Below the pieces are notes generated by a model. That model was not told the DNA's origin, ran no database searches, and was given only the letters and a program-made list of their open reading frames with translations. From an uncultured Gemmatimonadota bacterium (lineage in GTDB: Bacteria; Gemmatimonadota; Gemmatimonadetes; Palauibacterales; Palauibacteraceae), in NCBI GenBank assembly GCA_964499635.1, contig CAZCLY010000013.1:62329-126328 (forward strand): a stretch of DNA of 64,000 nt. The letters are read 5' to 3'. The translations under genes and the position numbers were made by a program. Below, piece after piece: positions 17,388 through 27,089 of this stretch. Position 1 is the first letter of the stretch, and every line of letters starts with the position of its first letter.

Positions 17388-20033
17388 CTACTCTACCCTG
17401 AGCGCCACCACCGGGTCGATCCGTGTCGCCCGCCGGGCGGGGACCCAGCTCGCCAGGACGGCGACGCCGACCAGCACCGCCGATACCCCGACCAACGTCT
17501 CGAGGTCCTGGGCCGACACGCCGTACAACAGGGCCGCCAGAGTCCGCCCCGCCAGGGTCGCGACGGCGAGTCCCACGACCAACCCCGCCCCCGTGAGCGC
17601 CAGCCCCCGCGCGAGCACGCTCCGGAGCACCGATCCCCGGGCGGCCCCGAGCGCCATCCGCACCCCGATCTCCGCCGTCCGCTGCGTGACTGCGTGCGCG
17701 AGCACACCGTACAACCCCAGCGAGGCCAGCAGGAGCGCCAGCCCCGCCGCGATCCCGAGCACCGTGGTCGCGAGACGCTCGCGCGCGACCCCGTCCCCCA
17801 GCACGGCGTCGAGCGAGCGCATGGACATGAGCGGCACGGAGGGGTCCACCGAGCCCACGGCGCTCCGGAACGCCGGACCGAGGCTCGCCGCGTCGCCGGC
17901 GCCGGTCGCGATGAGGGCCATGCCCGCGAACGACTCGCTCCCGGGGATCTGCTCGAAGCAGAAGTACATGTGGGGCGCGGGGTCCTGGCGGGGCGGGCCG
18001 GCACGCACGTCGGCCACCACGCCCACCACCTGCATGAACGGGCCGTCGGGTCCCTCGACGCTGATCCGCGCGTCGAGCGGGTCGGAGCCCGTCAGATCCC
18101 GCACATAGGCGGCCCCGGCCTCGTTCACGACGATCACGGAGGGCGTCCCCTCGCGGTCGCCCGCCTCGAACGGCCGCCCGCGGCGGATCGGGATGCCGAG
18201 GGTCGAGAAATACGAGCGCGACACGACCGAGAACTGCATGTACGGGCTGCTCCCGTCTGGTGGCGCGTGGTCCTGGATGCGGATCATCATTCGATCGGCG
18301 TCGGGGCCCGGAAGCCGGCTCGAGAGCGCCACGCTCCGCACTTCGGGTCGCGCCCGAACGGCCTCGACCACGCCCTCGTGGAAGCGCTTCGCGCGCTCGT
18401 CCGTATAGCCCTGCAGGCTGGGGTCGAGCTCGGCGGTGAGGACGCCGTCCGACACGAACCCCGGGTCGAGGAGCCGCAGGTTGAGCAGCGTGCGGCCGAG
18501 CAGGCCGGCGGCCACGAGGACCGCGACCGAGAGCGCGACCTGGACCACGACGAGCGCCTCGGACGCCGCGATCGGGACGCGGCGCGGGGCAGGCGGTGGG
18601 GTCTCACGGAACCCGGAGACGAGCTCGTGCCGCGTGGCGCCGATCGCGGGCGCGAGCCCGAAGGCGAGGCCGGTCAGCACGGTGGCGGCGAGCGCGAACA
18701 GGACGACGTTCCGGTCCACGGCGAACGCCACTTCGAACGGGAGCGGGATGGTGGCCAGCAGGTGGTTCATCCAGAACGCGATCAGGAGACCCGCCACCCC
18801 ACCGATCAGCGCCAGCACGCCCGCCTCGGTCAACAGCTGCCGCACGAGGATGCCGCGCGTGGCGCCCAGCGAGCGTCGGACCGCGACCTCACGGTGCCGC
18901 GCGTGCGCGCGCGTGAGGAGCAGGTTCGCCACGTTCACGCACGCGATCAGGAGTACGAGGGTGACGAGCCCGATCAGGATCCCGCCGAACCCGAGGATGT
19001 CCGAGCGCACGCCGACCGGCATCGTGGCGTCGCGGAACGACCCGAGGGTGTACTGCCGGTCCCGGTTCGTGCGCGGGTAGGCCTCGCGCAGCCGCTCCCC
19101 GATCACCCGGAGCTCCGCCTGGGCCCGAGCGGTTGTGGCTCCCTTCGCGAGCCGTCCCAGCACGTCGATGCCGCCCCACCCGCGGCGATCGAGCAGCAGA
19201 CCGGACGATGGCATCAGCTGCGGCTGCATGGCCATCGGGACGAACACGTCGGGGGCGTTGACCAGGTTCGTTCCGCGGAACCCCTCCGGCGCCACGCCGA
19301 CGATGACGAACGCCCGCCGGTTGAGCGTGATCGTCTGTCCGACGACCTCTTCGCGCCCCCCGTAGCTCGACTGCCACAGCCCGTGCGACAGGACGGCGAC
19401 CGCCTCGGCGTTCGGGACCTCGTCCTCGTCCGGCGCGAAGAACCGCCCCACCCGAGGCCGCACGCCCAGGGTCCGGAAGTAGCTCTCCGACACCATGAGC
19501 CCCCGCAGCCGCACGGTCCCGGTCGGGGTCGTCGTGTCCACATCCCGGGCCTTGAAGGCGGCGAGCTCCTCGAGGGTCGTGACCTCCGCCGCGAAGTCCA
19601 CGTAGTCCATGTAGGACGAGACGCCGGGTCCGTCCCCCTCGTCGGTGTACAGCGCGACCAGACGACCGGGATCCTCGACCCCCGGGAGCGGGCTGAACAA
19701 GAGCGCATTGACGAGGCTGAACACCGAGGTGGTGAGACCGATCGACACCGCGATCGTGGTGAGCGCGATCGCCGCGAACCCGGGGCTGCGCCGGAGCTGG
19801 CGCCCCGCGAAGCGCAGGTCGCGGCCGAGACGGTCCACCCACAACCCGCCCCGGACGCGCCGCACGGCCTCCTTCACTTCGTCGGCGCGGCCGAACTCGC
19901 GCCGCGCCGCGTGCTCGGCCTCCTCCCGGGACTCTCCCCGCGCCACGCGCTCCTCGACGGCCATCCGGATGTGCGTGCGGATCTCCTCGTCGAGCTCCCG
20001 CGCCCGCCGGCGCCGGGACGGCCAGCCGATCAT
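17388..20033 (-). CDS. ADOP-family FtsX permease with N-terminal permease-prefix (HAAS-like) extension
   Basis: N-terminal prefix ELDEEIRTHIRMAVEERVARGESREEAEHAARREFG. Then the ADOP core (RDLRFAGRQLRRSPGFAAIALTTIAVSIGL) and two FtsX halves (RHREVAVRRSLGA / RTAEIGVRMALGA). Its start overlaps the PadR stop (ATGA). The plus-strand ORF 17220..20231 is a shadow. Confidence 0.85.
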   Translation of the reverse strand: MIGWPSRRRRARELDEEIRTHIRMAVEERVARGESREEAEHAARREFGRADEVKEAVRRVRGGLWVDRLGRDLRFAGRQLRRSPGFAAIALTTIAVSIGLTTSVFSLVNALLFSPLPGVEDPGRLVALYTDEGDGPGVSSYMDYVDFAAEVTTLEELAAFKARDVDTTTPTGTVRLRGLMVSESYFRTLGVRPRVGRFFAPDEDEVPNAEAVAVLSHGLWQSSYGGREEVVGQTITLNRRAFVIVGVAPEGFRGTNLVNAPDVFVPMAMQPQLMPSSGLLLDRRGWGGIDVLGRLAKGATTARAQAELRVIGERLREAYPRTNRDRQYTLGSFRDATMPVGVRSDILGFGGILIGLVTLVLLIACVNVANLLLTRAHARHREVAVRRSLGATRGILVRQLLTEAGVLALIGGVAGLLIAFWMNHLLATIPLPFEVAFAVDRNVVLFALAATVLTGLAFGLAPAIGATRHELVSGFRETPPPAPRRVPIAASEALVVVQVALSVAVLVAAGLLGRTLLNLRLLDPGFVSDGVLTAELDPSLQGYTDERAKRFHEGVVEAVRARPEVRSVALSSRLPGPDADRMMIRIQDHAPPDGSSPYMQFSVVSRSYFSTLGIPIRRGRPFEAGDREGTPSVIVVNEAGAAYVRDLTGSDPLDARISVEGPDGPFMQVVGVVADVRAGPPRQDPAPHMYFCFEQIPGSESFAGMALIATGAGDAASLGPAFRSAVGSVDPSVPLMSMRSLDAVLGDGVARERLATTVLGIAAGLALLLASLGLYGVLAHAVTQRTAEIGVRMALGAARGSVLRSVLARGLALTGAGLVVGLAVATLAGRTLAALLYGVSAQDLETLVGVSAVLVGVAVLASWVPARRATRIDPVVALRVE

Positions 20034-20395
20034 GCCTCACCCTCCTCCGGACGGAGCGCGAGGATGCGCGCCATGGCGTCCGAGAGCGTCTCCCAGCGCC
20101 TGCGCTCGACGACGAGGTGCTTCCGCCCGGCGTCCGTCAGGCGGTACTCGCGCACCCGCTGCCCCCTGTCCGACACGACCCACTCGGCCTCGATCCACCG
20201 CTTCTGCTCGAGCCGCTGGAGCGCGGGATAGAGCGAGCCGGTGTTGACCCGCAGGACGTCCTTCGAGGTCGACTGGATGAGCCGGGCGAGCCCGTACCCG
20301 TGGCACGGCCCCCACCGCAGCGACTGGAGTATGATCAGATCGAGCGTGCCCTGGAGCAGCTCGATCCGCGCGAGCGGGTCTCCGCGGTCGGTCAT
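20030..20395 (-). CDS. PadR-family transcriptional regulator
   Basis: PadR wHTH signature LDLIILQSLRWGPCHGYGLARLI..........GSLYPALQRLEQKRWIE...........REYRLTDAGR. Co-transcribed with the downstream ADOP permease. Confidence 0.85.
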   Translation of the reverse strand: MTDRGDPLARIELLQGTLDLIILQSLRWGPCHGYGLARLIQSTSKDVLRVNTGSLYPALQRLEQKRWIEAEWVVSDRGQRVREYRLTDAGRKHLVVERRRWETLSDAMARILALRPEEGEA

Positions 20396-20414
20396 GGGGC
20401 TTCCCCCCCCTGGG

Positions 20415-20453
20415 TGTAGGGTGTCTACAGCCTCAGGGAGTAGAATGTCTACA
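20415..20453. promoter_or_regulatory. two direct copies of a ~15-nt TGTCTACA-containing motif with internal dyad symmetry; candidate PadR operator pair
   Basis: Read from the sequence. TGTAGGGTGTCTACA (20415-20429) and GTAGAATGTCTACA (20440-20453) lie 20-60 nt upstream of the padR start on the minus strand. A G8/C8 homopolymer at 20403-20410 forms the padR RBS. Confidence 0.35.
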
Positions 20454-20671
20454 TGCCGGGCCCGACGTCAAGCGCGGCTCAGAACCCGCCGTCGCCCCCC
20501 GAGCGGCCCGCCTGCCCAGGGTACTCGCAGGTGGCGGGCTCCCCGGCCTCTGGCGGGCGACGCCGTTTCCAGCAGATTGTGGATCGGTGTTCCATGGCGC
20601 CGCTCTCCGCCTGCGCAGCGTCGCAGCGATCGAGGATCGAGAGAGAGCGCCTTGCACGAGGGATCTCCAAC

Positions 20672-22342
20672 ATGGCGCCACCATCCCGGGCTCCCGTATC
20701 GGGCACGCCGAACCCCCGCGAGGACATCTGGGGCGACATCGTTCACGACCGCGTGACCGTCGAGACCGCGACGGCCATGTACGAGCTGCTGGCGGGCGAC
20801 GCGGTCACCTCCGCGGAGACGCCCGACCAGATCGACGACGCCCTGGCGGCGCAGGTCGACTTCGTCGAGGCCGCGGTGGCTCTCGCCGCGACGAAGGGCC
20901 CGCAGGAGAAGGTCGCCCTCGCGCTCCTCGTCGAGGACGGCAAGATCGACGAGGTATCCGAGCGCCTGGACGAGATCATCCAGGCAGCCGGCGACGGCAT
21001 GATGGAGACGCTTCGCCTCAAGGGAAAGCTGTTCGCGCCGCTCAGGCCGCAGGTGGCCATGAACGCGTACGCGCGACTGCTCGGGCTCGAGCGGGACGAT
21101 GCGGACGCGCTCATGCGGCTCGCGAGCCTCGTGAACCGCTCGGGCGATCTCGCGGGGGCCGAGAAGTGGTACCGCGAGCTGCTCGCTGTTCCCGACCTCG
21201 GCAGCGAGCTCCGCGCCTCGGCCCTCGGGGATCTGGCGGACATGGCCGACCGGAGCGGGCAGCACGAGAAGGCCGACGCGTGGGGTGACGAGCTGGTGCG
21301 GCTGGCGGGCGATGCGGACTCGACCGATGCCGCCGTCGAGGAGCTCACCCGCCTCGCCGACAACGCCTGGGAGCGGGACGATCACGCCCGCGCCGGCCGC
21401 TGGCACGCGCTCCTGCTCGGCGTCTACGAGGAGGTCGGGGCGCCGAAGAGCATGGCCGAGACGTTCATCAACCTCGGGGCCAACGCCGCACACCTCGAGG
21501 ACCTGCCGGACGCGATGGCCAACTACACGCGGGCGCTCGAGCTGTACGAGCGACTCGACGATCGCGAGGGCATGGCGGACGCCCTCGGCCGCCTCGCCTC
21601 GGTCGAGGTCCTGCGCGAGAACCTGGCGGAGGCCGAGAGGCTCTACAAACGCGCCCTGTCGCACGAGAAGAAGCTCGGTGACCGGCGGGCGGCCGTCGAG
21701 ACCTTCGTCTTCCTCGCCGAGGTGGCCCGCAGGCGGGACAAGCACGGCCGAGCCGAGGACTATCTGAAGAAGGCCGTCGACCTCGGGATCGAGCTCGACG
21801 ACCCCGAGGTCACCGGGGACGCGTGGTGGAAGCTCGCGCGCCTGGCAGAAGGACAGGAGCACGAGGGGGACGCGCGGGAGTACGACGAGCGGGCCTTCGA
21901 GCGCTTCCAGGAGGCGGGGCTCCAATCGCGGGCCGCCGGAGCGGCCATGAAGCTTGGTGCGAGCTTTATGGGGGCCGGGGATCCGGACCGGGCGGCGACC
22001 TGGTACGAGGCGGCGCGGCGGGGGTTCGACGCCGCGGGCGAGAGGCTCAACGTCGCCCACAGCCTCTACAACCTCGGGATGGTCGCGAACCGGAAGGACG
22101 ACATCGACTCGGCGGAGCGCCACTTCGGCGAGGCGCAGACGATCTACGGGGAGCTCGACGACCAGCGGGGAAGCGCGAAGTCGTTCACGTATCTGGGGGA
22201 TCTCGCCGCCCGGCGTGGCGACATCGACGCGGCCCGCTCGAACTGGGGCAAGGCGCTGGCGCGGTGGGCCAACCTCGGCGAGCGGGACGGGCCGGCCGCG
22301 CAGCGGCTGATCGAGGCCCTCAACGGGACGGCGGGCCGGTAG
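20672..22342 (+). CDS. TPR-repeat protein
   Basis: Long stretches of TPR-like repeats (EAERLYKRAL, AEDYLKKAVDLG, YNLGMVANRKDDIDSAERHFGEAQTIYGEL, YLGDLAARRGDIDAAR). ATG 20672 chosen for its GAGGGA RBS. The track ORF starts at 20453, and 20594 is a further alternative. Confidence 0.6.
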   Translation: MAPPSRAPVSGTPNPREDIWGDIVHDRVTVETATAMYELLAGDAVTSAETPDQIDDALAAQVDFVEAAVALAATKGPQEKVALALLVEDGKIDEVSERLDEIIQAAGDGMMETLRLKGKLFAPLRPQVAMNAYARLLGLERDDADALMRLASLVNRSGDLAGAEKWYRELLAVPDLGSELRASALGDLADMADRSGQHEKADAWGDELVRLAGDADSTDAAVEELTRLADNAWERDDHARAGRWHALLLGVYEEVGAPKSMAETFINLGANAAHLEDLPDAMANYTRALELYERLDDREGMADALGRLASVEVLRENLAEAERLYKRALSHEKKLGDRRAAVETFVFLAEVARRRDKHGRAEDYLKKAVDLGIELDDPEVTGDAWWKLARLAEGQEHEGDAREYDERAFERFQEAGLQSRAAGAAMKLGASFMGAGDPDRAATWYEAARRGFDAAGERLNVAHSLYNLGMVANRKDDIDSAERHFGEAQTIYGELDDQRGSAKSFTYLGDLAARRGDIDAARSNWGKALARWANLGERDGPAAQRLIEALNGTAGR

Positions 22343-22343
22343 C

Positions 22344-23081
22344 TCAGGTCTGGACGACCCGCGCGAAGCGCCGCTGGAGAAGGAAGATCAGGAGCGCGAC
22401 GTAAAAGGTCCCGGCCGCCAGGTGGATCCACGCGTCCGACGCGCCGGCCTCGAGATCCCAGTACAACTTGGCCGGCCAGTACGTCGGGCAGAGCCCGAAG
22501 GCGAGCTGCCAGCGCGAGTCGACGAACCAGGCGATCAGCGGCGGCCAGTTGATCACCCCCGCCGCCTTCATGAGCGCGAAGCCCTGCACCTTGTTACGGG
22601 CAAAGGCGGCCAGGAAGAGGGCGAACGCGGGGCCGAAGGGAGCCGCGGCCAGGCCCGCGACGAGCTGCGCGCCGACGCCGAGGCGCGAGAAGCCGGACAG
22701 CGCCAGTACGACGGGAGCGATGAGGATGCCGAGCGCGACGGGGATCGCGATGCGATACGCGAGATACCCGCGCGCCGTCAGGGGCGTCACCCGGAGCGCC
22801 GTCAGGGTCCCGTCGTCCTTCTGATCGAGGAGCAGGAACCCGACCACCACGCCGTACACCATCGGCGCGAGGATGACCAGGGAGCTGGCCAGCAGCGGAT
22901 AATAGGTCGTCACATCCATGCCGAAGCGCTCGGCGAGCCAGGGGGCCGCCAGCGTCGCAACCCAGCGGAACAGAAGCGCGAAGAAGAGCGGCAGGACCAG
23001 CATCCAGCGGAGCAGGGGATCCCGGCGCACGTTGGCCGCGTCGATCGGGCCCAGGGCCCGCAGCACGGCGAGCGCGTTCAC
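22344..23081 (-). CDS. ABC-2 type transporter permease
   Basis: About 6 TM segments. ABC-2-like hydrophobic profile. Last gene of the peptidase-ABC operon. Converges on the TPR gene with a 1-nt gap. Confidence 0.65.
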   Translation of the reverse strand: MNALAVLRALGPIDAANVRRDPLLRWMLVLPLFFALLFRWVATLAAPWLAERFGMDVTTYYPLLASSLVILAPMVYGVVVGFLLLDQKDDGTLTALRVTPLTARGYLAYRIAIPVALGILIAPVVLALSGFSRLGVGAQLVAGLAAAPFGPAFALFLAAFARNKVQGFALMKAAGVINWPPLIAWFVDSRWQLAFGLCPTYWPAKLYWDLEAGASDAWIHLAAGTFYVALLIFLLQRRFARVVQT

Positions 23082-23099
23082 GCCGGCTTCCAGGTCACG

Positions 23100-23804
23100 T
23101 CAGCGGCCCCCCGCCGTCGCGATCACGAAGCGCCGGAACTCCCGTCGGCTCCAGGCGAATGCCATCCACGCGCACAGGGCCCCGTACCCGAGGCCGTACA
23201 TCCACTCCCACGCCGCGAGCGGTCGGAAGGCGCCTTCCAGAATCACGAGCGGTGCCTGGAAGGGATGGATGTACATGAGCGGGGTCGACCACAGCCCCGC
23301 GTAATCGAGGATCGGGAGCGCGAACAGCGTCACCCAGAACATGGTCGGGAACAGGAGCTCGTTGATCGAATCGTAGCGCACCGCGGCGGCGAATCCCGCC
23401 AGACAGTAGAGCCCGGCGGCCAGGGCGACGCCCGCGATGAGTGGCACGGGCGAGAAGTCGAATCCGACCGTGACCAGACAGATGACGAGGTGCTCGATGA
23501 TCGACAGGCCGGTAAGCGTGACCAGCTTGGACGCCAGGTACTCATCGACCGTCAACGGCGTCACGACCTGGGCCTCGATCGTCCCCTCCTCCTTCTCGAG
23601 CAGCACGAGCCCCGCCATGAAGAAGAACGTGGCCAGCGACAGGTTGGCGAGCACCAGCGGAGGCAGGACGGGGGCCCAGTCCAGCGACGGGAGCCGGCTA
23701 ATGACGGCCACGAGGATCGCGAGCAGGAAAGCCACGGCCCAATAGAAGCCGTTTCGGAATTGGAGACGGACATCGCAGGCCAGCGTCGCGACGAGGCGGC
23801 TCAC
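23100..23804 (-). CDS. ABC-2 type transporter permease
   Basis: GTG start 23804 overlaps the stop of the ATPase gene. N-terminus VSRLVATLACDVRLQFRNGFYW, then multiple TM segments. The 89 N-terminal codons of the track ORF lie inside the ATPase gene in another frame. Confidence 0.65.
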   Translation of the reverse strand: MSRLVATLACDVRLQFRNGFYWAVAFLLAILVAVISRLPSLDWAPVLPPLVLANLSLATFFFMAGLVLLEKEEGTIEAQVVTPLTVDEYLASKLVTLTGLSIIEHLVICLVTVGFDFSPVPLIAGVALAAGLYCLAGFAAAVRYDSINELLFPTMFWVTLFALPILDYAGLWSTPLMYIHPFQAPLVILEGAFRPLAAWEWMYGLGYGALCAWMAFAWSRREFRRFVIATAGGR

Positions 23805-24655
23805 GCGAGGCTGCGGCCCGTGATGCGGACGAATACGTCTTCGAGGGTCGCCTCGAGCGTGTGGATCCTCTCGAGCTCGGGGTGGCTCAGCAGGTCGAGG
23901 AACGCTTGCTCGGCCCCGAGGCCGTCGAGCGGAAACTCGCGTCGCTCGGTGCGCCCGTCCTCCAGATACTCGACCCGCACGCGTCGCTCTCCGTACTCGA
24001 GCTCGAGATTCCGGGGCGTGTCGATGAGCGCGATCCTGCCGTCGACGATGAAGGCCACCCGATCGCACAGGTCATCGGCCGCCGTCATGTCGTGCGTGGT
24101 GAGGAAGACGGTCTTCCCCGCCCGGCGCTGCCCCCGGATGAGCTCCTTGATCCGGCGCGCGCTCACCGGATCGAGGCCCGTGGTCGGCTCGTCGAGAAAC
24201 AGGATGTCCGGGTCGTTCAGAAGCGAGCGCGCGATGCTCAGGCGACCCTTCATTCCCTTCGAGTACCGCGACACCGGAACACCCGCCGCGTCGGCGAGAT
24301 CGACCCGCTCGAGGAGCTCCTCGGGGGAGATCGTCCCCTCGCTGTACAGGGCGCGAAAATAGGCGAGGTTCTCGAGACCCGTGAGCTTCAGATAGTGGTT
24401 CGGGAACTCGAACGCGACGCCGATGTGCTCGTACAGATCCGGGCCCCAGTCGGCGAGCGGCGTCCCGAGCACGGTCACCGTGCCATCGTACTCGCGCAGC
24501 AGCCCGATGAGGATCTTCTGCGTCGTCGACTTCCCGGCACCGTTCGGGCCCAGGAAGCCGAAGACCTCGCCGCGATCGATCTCGAACCGGAGTCCGTCGA
24601 CCGCGGGTCCGTCCGCGCCCGGATACGTGAAGCGAAGGTCGCCGACCTCGATCAC
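23801..24655 (-). CDS. ABC transporter ATP-binding protein
   Basis: Walker A GPNGAGKST. Q-loop. ABC signature YSKGMKGRL. Walker B ILFLDEPTTGLD. H-loop TTHDM. Confidence 0.85.
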   Translation of the reverse strand: MIEVGDLRFTYPGADGPAVDGLRFEIDRGEVFGFLGPNGAGKSTTQKILIGLLREYDGTVTVLGTPLADWGPDLYEHIGVAFEFPNHYLKLTGLENLAYFRALYSEGTISPEELLERVDLADAAGVPVSRYSKGMKGRLSIARSLLNDPDILFLDEPTTGLDPVSARRIKELIRGQRRAGKTVFLTTHDMTAADDLCDRVAFIVDGRIALIDTPRNLELEYGERRVRVEYLEDGRTERREFPLDGLGAEQAFLDLLSHPELERIHTLEATLEDVFVRITGRSLA

Positions 24656-24683
24656 GGCGACGTCCGGTGGCCCGGGTGGGGCA

Positions 24684-26870
24684 TCAGGGGCCGTCGCCCT
24701 CCTCCTCGCTCGTGGTCGCCGCGGCCGCCTCGGTATCGACCGGGAGCTCGATGTCCTCCCCCCAGATGTACTTGCCGAACCACTGCCAGTTGTGCCACAC
24801 GGCGGCCAGCAGCTCCTTCGGCTTGCTGATCCCGTGCCCGAACCCCTTGTACACGATGAGCTTCGTCTCGACCCCCTGATCCTGGAGGCCCTGGTAGAGC
24901 TCGTAGGCGTCCGAGATCGGAACCCGCCGATCGAGCTCGCCGTGCTGGATCAGGGTCGGTGTCGACGCGTGCGCGATGTTCGTGATGGGCGACGTCTCCG
25001 CGTACACGTCCGGATCGTCCCACGGCGTCCCCTTCAGGTACTGCCGCGTGAACGGGTGGATGTCGGTGCTCACGTAGTAGGTCATCCAGTCGGAGATCCC
25101 GGCCCCGACCGAGATCGCATCGAACATGTCCGTGTTCGTGGTCAGGAAGGCGGAGATGTAGCCCCCCTGGCTCCAACCCATGCACCCCAGCCGCTCGGGG
25201 TCGGCGATCCCGGCGTCGATCAGGTGCTCGACGCCGGATACGACGTCCCACATGTCCCCGACGCCCAGGTTTCGGACGTTCAGACTCCGGAACGCCTCAC
25301 CGTACCCGGCCGAGCCGCGGTAGTTGGGCTGGAGGACGACGGCCCCCTTCGCGAGCCAGTGGACGATCGGGTACACGTAGGACGGCACGAGGTCCGGGCG
25401 GGACGTCCCCGTCGGACCGCCGTGGATCTGGACGAGCAGCGGGTACCGCCGCGACGGGTCGTATCCGTCGGGCTTGTACAGCACGCCCTCGATCTCCGTC
25501 CCATCCTCGCTCTCCCACGTGATGACTTCCCGTGTGCCGAGCGCCCAGCCGTCGGTCTGGGCCGTCATGTCGGTCAGCCTTGCCCACTCCGGACGCGCGC
25601 CACCCACGCCGGCCCCCGACGCGACGCCGCCCCATGCCCGATAGACCTCGAAGAAGCTCTCGCCGCTCGCGCCGGTGAAGGCGACAGCGCTCCCGTCCGG
25701 GGTGAAGTCCCAGGCCCCGACCACCGGCGTGGGAAGCTCGAACGGCGTGACTCGCCGCGTGTCCGGGTCGAGACCGTACAGGACACGGCCGGTCCTCGCG
25801 CTCGCCACGAACCGGATCCCGGCCTCGGTCCACCGGGCGCCACCCGCATCCTCGTCGAAGCCGCGCGTCAGGACCTCGATCTCCCCGCCCCGCGAGGGGA
25901 TGCGCGCCAGCTCGCCGTTCAGGTAGAACAGCGATCCGAGGTCGCGGTCGAACTCGGAGAACAGGATCCACTCGCCATCGGGTGACCACACGGGGGACCC
26001 GTCGGGCCCGGGACCCACGACCAGCGGGCGGCTGTCGCCCGACGCCACGTCGAGCACATAGATGTCGGTCTCCATGAACGAGAGGAGATTCGAGTTCGGC
26101 TGTCGCACGTAGGCGATGCGCGTCCCGTCCGGAGACCAGCGGAAGTCCGCGACATCGAAGTCCCCCTCCGTGAGCCGCTCGGCCTCGCCCGCCTCGCCGT
26201 CCTCGTCGATCGACACCACCCACAGATGTGAGCTGGGGCCGGGCGCGTCCTCGATCGCGAAGGCTCCATACCCCTTCTCGCGCGCCTCGTCCGTCTTCGA
26301 CTCGGGGTCGCGGATCTGCAACAGCATCCGGCCGCCCGCCGGCGACCAGGCGAAGCCGCTCACCCCCTCCTCGACGTCGGTCATCGGCCACGCCTCGCCA
26401 CCCCGCGGATCGATGAGGTGGACCTGGGCCGCCTTCTCCTCTCCGCGCTTGGCGAGGAACGCCAGCCAGCGGCCGTCGGGCGACCACTGGGCCGAACTCG
26501 AGCTCCCGTCCGGTGTTCGCGTGAGCTGATACGGCTGGCCGTCGGGCGGCGCGATCCAGATCTCCGCGTCGTACCGGTTGTCGTCCCACACGGTGCTCCG
26601 AACGCTGTACGCCACCGAACGGCCGTCCGGCGAGATGGCCACCCCGCCCACGCCTTCCAGGGACAGGACCTCCTTGAACGACGGCAGGCCCGGGACGTCC
26701 TGGGCGGCCAGGGGGTCACGCGACGCGGCCAGGGCCACGACGAGGAGCACTGCCGCGAACGTGGCCCCCCGCGCGCCGATGAACGGCCGCGGGTCGCCTT
26801 TCGAGCTGTGCATGGCGAGGACCTTTCTCGATCGGGGGTCGAAGCGCGGTGTCCGCAGGGAGACGATCAT
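24684..26870 (-). CDS. S9-family serine peptidase (prolyl oligopeptidase/DPP-like: N-terminal beta-propeller, C-terminal alpha/beta hydrolase), secreted
   Basis: Propeller-like repeats (SPDGRSVAY, SPDGRWLAF, SPDGTRIAY, SPDGEWILF). Catalytic GWSQGG nucleophile elbow. Downstream D and GFGHGI histidine region. ATG 26870 has GGGAGGG 9 nt upstream; ATG 26813 is an alternative. Signal peptide FAAVLLVVALAAS. Confidence 0.8.
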   Translation of the reverse strand: MIVSLRTPRFDPRSRKVLAMHSSKGDPRPFIGARGATFAAVLLVVALAASRDPLAAQDVPGLPSFKEVLSLEGVGGVAISPDGRSVAYSVRSTVWDDNRYDAEIWIAPPDGQPYQLTRTPDGSSSSAQWSPDGRWLAFLAKRGEEKAAQVHLIDPRGGEAWPMTDVEEGVSGFAWSPAGGRMLLQIRDPESKTDEAREKGYGAFAIEDAPGPSSHLWVVSIDEDGEAGEAERLTEGDFDVADFRWSPDGTRIAYVRQPNSNLLSFMETDIYVLDVASGDSRPLVVGPGPDGSPVWSPDGEWILFSEFDRDLGSLFYLNGELARIPSRGGEIEVLTRGFDEDAGGARWTEAGIRFVASARTGRVLYGLDPDTRRVTPFELPTPVVGAWDFTPDGSAVAFTGASGESFFEVYRAWGGVASGAGVGGARPEWARLTDMTAQTDGWALGTREVITWESEDGTEIEGVLYKPDGYDPSRRYPLLVQIHGGPTGTSRPDLVPSYVYPIVHWLAKGAVVLQPNYRGSAGYGEAFRSLNVRNLGVGDMWDVVSGVEHLIDAGIADPERLGCMGWSQGGYISAFLTTNTDMFDAISVGAGISDWMTYYVSTDIHPFTRQYLKGTPWDDPDVYAETSPITNIAHASTPTLIQHGELDRRVPISDAYELYQGLQDQGVETKLIVYKGFGHGISKPKELLAAVWHNWQWFGKYIWGEDIELPVDTEAAAATTSEEEGDGP

Positions 26871-27089
26871 GGGCGGATGCCCTCCCGGGGCTGTCGGTGG
26901 ATGGCAGGATCGGCGACGGCGTTGGAGGTCGGGCGCATGGAAGGCACGATACGCATCGGCCGCGCCGGACGCAGGATCTCGTCGGGTCGCTCGACACGAT
27001 ACGTCTCGACCCGACGGCCGTGCCGGCCGCCGGGTGGTCGCGCGACCCGCACGCCGGGACCACATTGGTCCCACACGGGACCGCACGGA

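Noticed and set aside
17220-20231. 1003-aa plus-strand ORF
   Set aside because: Shadow of the minus-strand ADOP gene 17388..20033 and padR. Low-complexity Arg/Gly/Asp-rich translation.
20468-22123. 551-aa minus-strand ORF
   Set aside because: Antisense shadow of the TPR protein gene 20672..22342.
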